The position numbers were made by a program, and so were the translations under genes. From the IMG/VR virus record IMGVR_UViG_2700989509_000022: a stretch of DNA of 14,452 bases; one strand, given 5' to 3'. The notes below the pieces were generated by a model. It made no database searches and had not been told where the DNA came from. It saw only the letters and a program-made list of their open reading frames with translations. This DNA is from a virus (Duplodnaviria > Heunggongvirae > Uroviricota > Caudoviricetes). Shown one piece after another: positions 1 to 7,322 of the stretch (position 1 is its first letter; the number at the start of each line of letters is the position of its first letter).

Positions 1-751
1 CCGGAGACTCCGGATCAACGGCAATGCTGACCACCGTCTTTTCCTGTGGTGGGTTCTGTTGCTGGTGGGTGTGAGGCGGTAGCGCAATATTTTTTGTGCG
101 CTGCTTCAGTATGCTGGTGGCGGTCTGCTCTCCCGGCACGATGTCGCTTTCACGGTACATTGAGCGGATTTTTTCCGCACGCCCCCCCAGCGAACGACGT
201 AATACCGCTTCCGGTAGCGCGTCCGCCACCTGATTGCGGACCGCCCACCAGGATAATTCAGCCAAAGATAATTCACGCTCCTGCGTACCGCTTATTGCGT
301 GACCGATGACGTCAATCATCCATGCTGACAGGTTTTGATGAGCAAGTTGCTCGAGTGATTCGGATGTCTGGTCACGCAGCTGGTTGTCGCAGTGCCAGCA
401 CAACACCATTGCGCCGGTACCATAACGGTGAATGACAGTTTCGCTGTGATGATAATCGCCGTGTGGCCACTGGCAGGATTTAATATGGCGCAACAGCCAG
501 TCAGACAATGCACCAGCACCACCAGCAGCACGAATCACCCGTGCGTTACTGAAAAACGGCAGCAATGTTTTGTCTTCCACCAGCGGCTGGCGAACGGCAG
601 GAACGACCCCGGACGGCAGATTACGCATGCTTTTCGGTTCCGGCTCCATCAATACCCGGGTATTGTGGAATACTGGCATGGATTCACGGCCCGGCTTAAC
701 GATCACCAGCCCGAGTTCCGGTACCAGAACAGGTCGAAGTAATACCCGCAC
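1..751 (-). CDS. Prophage late-region protein, Cys/His-rich (possibly YdfU/DUF968-like); N-terminal part only, continues past the window start
   Basis: Frame verified open from 751 to 1 on the minus strand. GTG start at 751 with GGAGG 4 nt upstream, 2 nt after the stop of the upstream ORF. Contains CQWPHGDYHHSETVIHRYGTGAMVLCWHCDNQL. Family assignment is from memory and weak. Confidence 0.45.
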   Translation of the reverse strand, partial: MRVLLRPVLVPELGLVIVKPGRESMPVFHNTRVLMEPEPKSMRNLPSGVVPAVRQPLVEDKTLLPFFSNARVIRAAGGAGALSDWLLRHIKSCQWPHGDYHHSETVIHRYGTGAMVLCWHCDNQLRDQTSESLEQLAHQNLSAWMIDVIGHAISGTQERELSLAELSWWAVRNQVADALPEAVLRRSLGGRAEKIRSMYRESDIVPGEQTATSILKQRTKNIALPPHTHQQQNPPQEKTVVSIAVDPESP

Positions 752-752
752 G

Positions 753-1031
753 TTACCTCCAGATGCGTTGCTGGAATGTGCGAGACGGACGCGGTGGGCG
801 TTCAGAGTAAGGAAGCCTGACGGAGATTATCCAGTGACGGTAGTCGAGACTAAGGGCTTTCTTAACCTCGTATCCGCGCCTGCGGTAACACTGAATTGTC
901 CATTCAGCCTGCTCTTCAGTACATGGAGGGTGTTGGAACCATTCAGACTTGAATGCGTGAGAATACCGCTCGTGCGTGCAGGCAAGAACGGGCGAATTAT
1001 CAGAATTGTAATATTTTACGTTGCGTGCCAT
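753..1031 (-). CDS. Hypothetical prophage protein (92 aa); may be the frameshifted N-terminal part of the downstream gene
   Basis: ORF in the track; sits between the Rem-like gene and the 1..751 gene on the same strand. C-terminal 20 residues are P/R/S-rich and look like out-of-frame sequence. Confidence 0.35.
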   Translation of the reverse strand: MARNVKYYNSDNSPVLACTHERYSHAFKSEWFQHPPCTEEQAEWTIQCYRRRGYEVKKALSLDYRHWIISVRLPYSERPPRPSRTFQQRIWR

Positions 1032-1097
1032 CGGTTTTCTCCGGTGGCACGGTGTTACTCAGCGGGAGTTCAGCCCCGCGCAAGATTGTAGATGAGT

Positions 1098-1349
1098 TTA
1101 TTCTTCTGCAAAAGCTGAAAAGCCTGCTTTTATTCCGATCTCTTTCAGTGCCTGTAATGAAGTGACAAACTCACCTTCGCGCAAGATAAATCCGTCTGTC
1201 ACTCGACCATCCACAAAATTAATTAACGCAGCCCCATTCTTTCGCAAACACATAATGCGGTAATGACTAACAAGATTTCCATTTTCAACGCACACAGCAT
1301 AGAGGCCATCTTCACAAAAAATTTTACGCAGTTCTTCGATGTTCATCAT
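1098..1349 (-). CDS. Rem-like small prophage protein (83 aa)
   Basis: 83-aa ORF immediately downstream of hok on the same strand, matching the rem-hokD neighbourhood and the 83-aa size of Rem in the K-12 Qin prophage (recalled, not searched). Confidence 0.55.
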   Translation of the reverse strand: MMNIEELRKIFCEDGLYAVCVENGNLVSHYRIMCLRKNGAALINFVDGRVTDGFILREGEFVTSLQALKEIGIKAGFSAFAEE

Positions 1350-1464
1350 CAGAATCCTTCCGGATAATTAGCTCTCCCCTTTAAGGGACCATCCCTCTTA
1401 TCCCTGCGCGCTACTTAAGTATTTTTGATTCTATTCCGGCGCCGTCCAGAACTTCAAACGCGTT

Positions 1465-1497
1465 GAAAATAAAAACAAAAACCCGCCGAAGCGGGTT
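1465..1497 (-). terminator. Rho-independent terminator on the minus strand, downstream of hok
   Basis: Plus-strand AACCCGC-CGAA-GCGGGTT hairpin at 1480..1497 preceded by an A-rich tract; on the minus strand this reads as a GC stem followed by TTTTGTTTTTATTTT. Confidence 0.7.
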
Positions 1498-1565
1498 AAG
1501 TGCGGGTGCGTTGAGGATGCCTGACACATCAGAGGTGGCGAGGGATTTCTCCCTCGCCGGGTCTC

Positions 1566-1721
1566 TTACTCCTCAGGTTCGTAAGCTGTGAAGACAGCGA
1601 CCTCCGTCTGGCCGGTTCGGATTCGTACCTCGCAGAGGTCTTTCCTCGTTACCAGTGTCGTCACTATGACGGTTAAACAGATGACGATCAGGGCGATTAA
1701 CATCGCCTTTTGCTGCTTCAT
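1566..1721 (-). CDS. hok: Hok/Gef-family type I toxin (51 aa)
   Basis: MKQQKAMLIALIVICLTVIVTTLVTRKDLCEVRIRTGQTEVAVFTAYEPEE matches the Hok/Gef membrane toxin pattern, closest to HokD/RelF as I recall it. ATG at 1721 with AAGGAG 9 nt upstream. An in-frame upstream ATG at 1778 may reflect the mok frame. Confidence 0.8.
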   Translation of the reverse strand: MKQQKAMLIALIVICLTVIVTTLVTRKDLCEVRIRTGQTEVAVFTAYEPEE

Positions 1722-2033
1722 AGCCTGCTTCTCCTTGCCTTCCGGCACGTAAGAGGCTAACCTACATGTGTCTAGCATAAATTGGCCTCAGATTAATGTT
1801 AAGCGTCTTGCAGGACGCGTAATGTTAACTGGGGCTTTTCTCTATCTGCCTTTGGTGTTCATGCCTGAGACAGATAGCCTCAAGCACCCGCAGCCATTCT
1901 ACTTAACTCCCGTTACCCCGCCAATATGAAATCAGTCAGAAAGGCGATCCATAAGAATAATGAATTCTGTAAGGCAATAGTCTCACTGTCTAACATATCT
2001 TACCTGATTACTTTACAATATAATAATTCATAG

Positions 2034-2678
2034 TTAAATCAAATGAATGTCATCATCCAATAATTCATTAGTAGTAATACTACCTTTTTTGAAAAAATTT
2101 TCATTTGCCTCAGCAATTTTTGCATCATTAACAAATTCATCACACATCCCAAAATAATGAAAAAATCTATTTAGTTTACATATTCCAATGGTATAGTGCC
2201 CTTTAGGTGTTTTGTCCACATAAACACGATTTGCTTTTATAATATGCATCTCATAATCATCTATATGTGGATGAACGATGCGAAATGATGCAGATGCAGT
2301 TGGATAGTTTTTGCGCCGCCCCCCATTTATTACGGGTTCAAATAACACTTCATTTTTACCTTTGAATTCATTGCAGTCAGGACATACTACACATAGATTC
2401 TTAGGTTCAAAAATAAAACATAGATATTGAGATTTTGGCACAATATGCTCTATAGGAGCAGCTTGTGCAGCTCTTACCCCAATAGGCTCATGACAATATA
2501 CACATTCTAGCTTTTGTTCTTCTCTGTAATGATTTCTAATTTCTGCACGGAGAACTTGCAAATCATCATCTCCCCAGTTGGTATGCTTAAAATCTGGAGA
2601 AGACAATTTTTTCTCAATAATATCTAATGACTCTGCGCTGAATCTAATTGGATTTTTAATTTTTGGCATAAATTTCAC
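2034..2678 (-). CDS. HNH endonuclease, PtuB-like (Septu-like nuclease component)
   Basis: CVYCHEP ... IEHIVPKS ... CVVCPDCNEFKGKN gives CxxC, a catalytic His and CxxCxxCN, i.e. an HNH ββα-metal motif. Visibly AT-rich. Start is GTG at 2678 or ATG at 2669, with AGGTG upstream. Overlaps the upstream ATPase by 14-23 nt. Confidence 0.7.
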   Translation of the reverse strand: MKFMPKIKNPIRFSAESLDIIEKKLSSPDFKHTNWGDDDLQVLRAEIRNHYREEQKLECVYCHEPIGVRAAQAAPIEHIVPKSQYLCFIFEPKNLCVVCPDCNEFKGKNEVLFEPVINGGRRKNYPTASASFRIVHPHIDDYEMHIIKANRVYVDKTPKGHYTIGICKLNRFFHYFGMCDEFVNDAKIAEANENFFKKGSITTNELLDDDIHLI

Positions 2679-4029
2679 ACACCTGAGATACGGAATTTAC
2701 GAGTTCATTAATAGGGTCATTACTATTAACGTTTTCAAGGAGAAGCTGGAGTTGTTTTAATTCACGCCAATTATCATCTGTTACTAACTTAGCAGTCTTA
2801 ACTTTTGAAAGTAAATTGAAAGCTAATCTGGCAATGTATTCATTCATAATGCCAGGGGCATCAAATAGTTCCGCAAGTTGATAGTCTGCAGACCGGTTGC
2901 TAAAGTATTTTGCTTTATAAAGATAACTTTTCGACAAAGATGTTATATAACAACCTTTATTCGGCAAATTGGATATTATTTGTGGTGAATGAGTTGCAAT
3001 TATGAATTGACAACCTGAGTAAGTTAAAAATGCTTTTGTTAACATAATGATAAACTCTTCCTGCCATCGAGGATGCAAGCTTATTTCCGGTTCATCAATT
3101 AGTATTATAGAACCATCAGTTATATGCCCTGCAATTCCAAGCAACATCACTAATAAACATTGTTCTCCCGAGCTCGCACGTTTAAGTGACATGGGACCAT
3201 AGCTTTTTTTTATGAGTCGCATATCCATCAATCTCATGAAGCCAGCGTTCATAAGTTTAAGAATTGATCTAGAAAAATAATTATTCGCATAAGTCGAGCC
3301 AACCAATGTTTCACCATTGGTAAAATCGACTGACAAGGTTACAGCCCTACGTTCAGGTTCAAATCGATTAATTTCAACCAGTGCTTCGTAAATATCATGA
3401 CGTGATTCGGAGTTTAACTTTAAGAGACTCTCAATATTCTTCCTGTCAATTTTTATATTGTATTTTAAATATAACTCCTTAACTTCCGTTAATATCTCAT
3501 CTGAATATACACCAATGAAGTTATAGTCAGGAGTGTCCGGTCCGTTGTAAGTTGGTTTAAATACAAACTCTATATGGGGCTCAAAATCAATAGAATGAAA
3601 AACATCGAGTAAATTTGCAGGATTTTCTGAATAAGCAAGTTTCTCTAGCCAACCTCTCGCTGCTGAAGATAAAAGGGATACGGCATTTGATACGCCGAAG
3701 GGGCCTTCTCCACGCATACCCACATAGCGATAATTATTTTCTTTCCTTTGGTGATTTAATGACCTACGCCCTGGAGGGAATTTATCGAATGGGCTGGTAG
3801 ATACGGCAATTAACTTTGGTGTTATTTCTCTGTCAAATAATGGATTAAAAGTTTTCAAGAAATGAACATCTTGAATACAGTCTTTAGCAATCTGAGATAA
3901 CAATCTGCTTTTTCCAACGCCATTTTTACCTACAATTACTGTAAAAATATTCGCATTATCAGAAACATCACCTTCTACAGCAAGTTTTAAGGTTCGACTA
4001 TCATGATGGGTATAATATAGTCTTTTCAT
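2656..4029 (-). CDS. ABC/AAA_21-type ATPase, PtuA-like (Septu-like ATPase component)
   Basis: Walker A VGKNGVGKS, signature-like ASSGEQ, Walker B IILIDEPEISLHP and H-loop IIATHSPQI in a 457-aa ORF. AT-rich, and the stop overlaps the start of the HNH gene. Confidence 0.75.
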   Translation of the reverse strand: MKRLYYTHHDSRTLKLAVEGDVSDNANIFTVIVGKNGVGKSRLLSQIAKDCIQDVHFLKTFNPLFDREITPKLIAVSTSPFDKFPPGRRSLNHQRKENNYRYVGMRGEGPFGVSNAVSLLSSAARGWLEKLAYSENPANLLDVFHSIDFEPHIEFVFKPTYNGPDTPDYNFIGVYSDEILTEVKELYLKYNIKIDRKNIESLLKLNSESRHDIYEALVEINRFEPERRAVTLSVDFTNGETLVGSTYANNYFSRSILKLMNAGFMRLMDMRLIKKSYGPMSLKRASSGEQCLLVMLLGIAGHITDGSIILIDEPEISLHPRWQEEFIIMLTKAFLTYSGCQFIIATHSPQIISNLPNKGCYITSLSKSYLYKAKYFSNRSADYQLAELFDAPGIMNEYIARLAFNLLSKVKTAKLVTDDNWRELKQLQLLLENVNSNDPINELVNSVSQVCEIYAKN

Positions 4030-4413
4030 TTTATTTTTCTCTCATTAAAATGCTCTTAATTAAGAATACCTATGCCTTTAACAGGCTCATAGTTATGATT
4101 TGTGATGCTTTCAAAAGGGTATGTAACTAAGTATTGAACTCTACACCTAAGATTCTAAGATTTTTAAATTAAAGTAGTTAAACATGCTTTTGATTGTACT
4201 CATTCTATGTCCATCGTTGCTGCATGTCTAGATATCGTGCCCCGCTATTGTTATGTAATGATATGATGGACGCCCTGTCTGAAGCAGCCAGTGAAATATT
4301 TTTACTGTCTGCGTTTTCTACAGGAGTAAATCACATGAGCACAATCAGAGTTGTTGGTATTGATATTGACCTGTGCCCAATTTTTTGAGACATATATTGG
4401 TACGCTCTTGGCA

Positions 4414-4435
4414 CAGGGCTGCTGCTGCAGCCCTG
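4414..4435. repeat. Perfect 9-bp inverted repeat with 4-nt loop (CAGGGCTGC-TGCT-GCAGCCCTG)
   Basis: Read directly; lies within 10 nt of the stop of the recombinase remnant on the minus strand. No U-tract, so not a canonical terminator. Confidence 0.6.
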
Positions 4436-4441
4436 ACAGCT

Positions 4442-5010
4442 TTAGACTTCGATCGATTCAGAGATCTCTAATGCATCATCAACTTCTATACCCAGATAAC
4501 GAACTGTGCTTTCCGTTTTCTTATGGCCCAACGGAAGTTGGATCACCCGGAGATTCTTAGTTTTCTTGCAGACAAGGCAAGGTTTTGTTCTTCTCATGGA
4601 ATGTGTGCTGTAAAGCGAATCTTCGAGACCAAGCTTTTCTCCCCCCTATGAAAGATTCGGTTATATTGCAGGATTGATATGTGTTGGTTAGTACCGACCC
4701 GAGATCGGAACAAGTAGTCTTTACTGCGTAAATTGCCAAGCTTTATCAATGCAGAAACAGCTTCTCTTGTCCCTTTGGTTATCTCAAATTGGATAGGACT
4801 GCCAGTTTTTCAGTTGCAGCACCGTAGCTCTGCTTGAAACCGAGCTAAATCACGCGTTTTACCTTCCAGTTCAAGCCGGATTTGGAGCCCCCAGATATGA
4901 GATATCTGAAGTGGTCTTTTTGGGCCTATGATACTGTCTTTGTTCCTCGGTGACGTATTCATACTCAAATCTCCTGCAATGTGGAAGATTTGAGTATGGT
5001 TGTCTCTCAA
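4442..5010 (-). pseudogene. Decayed tyrosine recombinase/integrase with at least two frameshifts
   Basis: Minus-strand translation ending at stop 4442..4444 gives KNLRVIQLPLGHKKTESTVRYLGIEVDDALEISESIEV, a typical tyrosine-recombinase C-terminus (compare Xer DLRVIQELLGH...Y). The preceding frame (4557..4739) carries RRFALQHTFHEKNKTLPCLQEN, the HxxR box region. No single long ORF remains; the 4810..5010 piece is in a third frame. Confidence 0.55.
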
Positions 5011-5067
5011 GAGCGAAATAGGTCAACTATAACTAGTTGTTGTGCATGTACGAATTCTGCCAATTAA

Positions 5068-5910
5068 TTATTGACAATAAAAAATTCTGGAATGTTCGAA
5101 ATCATCATATCGAATTATAATCTGGTTGACTGCATCTATTGTTGGCGCCATTTCAGTTATAATATCTCGATAACCTAAAGAGTTAAATACATTTACTAAG
5201 GCCTCACACCGCAGGCCAATAGCAATTACGACATTATAAATTGCCAGCCGTTTATTTTCTTGTTTAACTGCAAGAGTGAGTTCGATAGCAGTAGTTTTAT
5301 CGCTTTGGATTGCATTATATAGAGATACTATATTTGCCATATCATCAGAGAATGTATGTATTGAATCACAAAGAGGGACGTAATAGGCATGATAGTGTGT
5401 TTCCCAGCCAATTACTTCGAAAAGCTTTTTGGTTCCAGGATATTCAGGTGTATTTGGCCACAATCTATTAAACATATCAGTTAGCTCTTTTCCGATACGA
5501 ATCCTTTCATCTGCTGCTGGATTAGTCATTTCTTTGGATTTTAAACACTCCAGCCACCGTTTCCCATTACTATGAACTAATTTCTTACTACCCTTGAGTA
5601 ATGCTTGTGCATTTTTTCCATCATCAATTGCTATATAAAATTGATTGGCAGCCTGTTCCATTATAACTCTAGTTAATACTTCCGATGCTGAAAAGGCTCC
5701 GGTACTCAAAGAAAATATAGCCTGATTACTAAGTTCATTCAGTACATTAAAGTAATGTAAAACCATCAATTTTTGTTCCACCCCCTTTAGGTTATCTATT
5801 TTATTTTTATGCCTCTCAAATTTCGCATGGATATATTTATTTATCGCGGCTATTTTTTTTACATCTTCGTCGAAATCAAACGGGCAACGTCCAAACGATT
5901 TTTTCCTCAT
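5068..5910 (-). CDS. Hypothetical protein (280 aa), AT-rich cargo gene of unknown function
   Basis: ATG at 5910 with AGGAGG 5 nt upstream. Composition differs from the flanking prophage genes. I recognise no catalytic motif. Confidence 0.8.
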   Translation of the reverse strand: MRKKSFGRCPFDFDEDVKKIAAINKYIHAKFERHKNKIDNLKGVEQKLMVLHYFNVLNELSNQAIFSLSTGAFSASEVLTRVIMEQAANQFYIAIDDGKNAQALLKGSKKLVHSNGKRWLECLKSKEMTNPAADERIRIGKELTDMFNRLWPNTPEYPGTKKLFEVIGWETHYHAYYVPLCDSIHTFSDDMANIVSLYNAIQSDKTTAIELTLAVKQENKRLAIYNVVIAIGLRCEALVNVFNSLGYRDIITEMAPTIDAVNQIIIRYDDFEHSRIFYCQ

Positions 5911-6349
5911 ATATTCCTCCTGTTTTACAATCTCCCATAAGTTGGAAAATTATACACTGGAGATTACCTATAAATAACTGCGCACGATAGCTAGTCAGTG
6001 CAAGAAGTACAACCAAGTGAACGGTGCGTATCAGATACCTAGCTTAAAGTTCGCGATAGCCGTACTCTGTGTATTAGCTCAGACATTACCTGACAGGTTG
6101 AGTAGATAGAATCGAATCAAAGCTGACAGTCTGGTTTGGACTGTGGGGTCAACCGATGGATGCAACACACAGCGATCTACAGACATTACTAACATAGCGG
6201 TGTATTAATCATCGGGGAGCAGATCAGACTAACATTAAGCATTAGTAGTAATTTGCAGAGCATCCGTTTCTTACACAAAGCAAACCCCCACGCTAGCCCA
6301 ACCCTGTGCCACACAATGTCAATTCACATCTGAACTAATGCTCTTTAAT

Positions 6350-6624
6350 CTAGTAACGTCTAAAATATCGAACATTTCCCTGATAAAATGCCAGTATGCG
6401 CTGCATAACTTCACTCATTGTGGTGGTTTCTTCCGGCAGTTCTGCCTGCGCTGGCTGTTCCTGCTGAACGTTGTTATAAGCCACACGCCAGGTGTACGCG
6501 CTTTTATCAACAAAACCAGCCTTTTTCAGTTCCCATAGTTCGTTCAGCACTTCTTCACGCGCGCAGCAAGTTCTATGGATGTGGCTTTTCCCATTGCTTT
6601 CAGTGCGTCAAAAACAGTCTCCAT
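6350..6624 (-). pseudogene. Ren-like winged-helix protein gene, apparent single-base frameshift
   Basis: ATG at 6624 with GGGAGG 6 nt upstream gives [26 protein letters not shown] then TGA. The adjacent frame continues [26 protein letters not shown]...[18 protein letters not shown] with no ATG. The joined product resembles lambda Ren as I recall it, and the gene sits directly after the P-like gene as ren does in lambda. Confidence 0.5.
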
Positions 6625-6656
6625 AAATTTCCTCCCGGTAAAAATTACTTCTCAAC

Positions 6657-7322
6657 TCAGACAAGCCCAGCCGCTTTCCGGCGTTCATATTCCTGTTTCA
6701 GCAACTCAATTGGCGTTGGCCCCGACGGGCGTTTGGGTGCCGCCAGTTGTCGCCGGACTGGCGGAACACTCAGGCCGTTACTAACATGCTTTGCCCATTT
6801 CGTCAGCTGCCGTTCTGCAAGCCGTTTTAACTCCCCTTCGGTCATCTGCCGCTCAATCCCCTTTGAACGCATCTCGAGGCAAATGTGATACAGCACAGGC
6901 TGAGACCACGGGTATTTATCGCTCCCGTCGTATCGCCAGGACTCGTTGCGCCAGCGACGGTACTCCTCCATCACGGCATCCACCGTCAGACCGAATGGAT
7001 TGGCTCCGCTTTCAGAAATCAGCGCCACAAACTCAGCCAGGTCCGGAGGCCATGTTTCACCCGCCCGGCAGCGGTCCATGCACTGGCGGCAGACCTGTCG
7101 GATTTGCTGCTCAGTCATCGCACCAATCTGTGCAATCCAGAGCTTCGAAGGTGCGGCCCCGTTCTTCTGGGTCCAGCGGTTCGAATAAACCTCCCCCATG
7201 AGTTCCCACAGCTTCCAGGCCGTTTCCGTCGCTGATAAATCCGTTTTCACGTTCCCACTGCTCACGTGCTGCCCGAATTTCCTGAACTGCCCGTGATGCG
7301 GTGTCACCTGGTGCTGCTGCAT
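6657..7322 (-). CDS. Replication protein P-like (helicase loader)
   Basis: YPWSQPVLYHICLEMRSKGIERQMTEGELKRLAERQLTKWAKHV parallels the lambda P C-terminal region (recalled). ATG at 7322 with AGGGGG 6 nt upstream. The first ~210 nt overlap the O-like gene out of frame; alternative in-frame starts exist at 7199 and 7118. Confidence 0.7.
   Translation of the reverse strand: MQQHQVTPHHGQFRKFGQHVSSGNVKTDLSATETAWKLWELMGEVYSNRWTQKNGAAPSKLWIAQIGAMTEQQIRQVCRQCMDRCRAGETWPPDLAEFVALISESGANPFGLTVDAVMEEYRRWRNESWRYDGSDKYPWSQPVLYHICLEMRSKGIERQMTEGELKRLAERQLTKWAKHVSNGLSVPPVRRQLAAPKRPSGPTPIELLKQEYERRKAAGLV

Noticed and set aside
46-1091. Plus-strand ORFs 46..309, 392..742, 570..1091 and minus-strand ORF 316..531
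   Set aside because: They overlap the verified minus-strand frame 1..751, which has an RBS and conserved-looking Cys/His motifs; their translations are low-complexity and typical of shadow ORFs.
2578-2760. Plus-strand 60-aa ORF across the ATPase/HNH junction
   Set aside because: Antisense to two well-supported genes with clear motifs; AT-rich shadow ORF.
4194-4560. Small plus-strand ORFs 4194..4388 and 4351..4560, including an MSTIRVVGIDIDL-type start reminiscent of IS110-family transposase N-termini
   Set aside because: Too short and not continued in any frame; the region is better explained as the 3' part of the decayed recombinase on the other strand plus the operon's promoter spacer.
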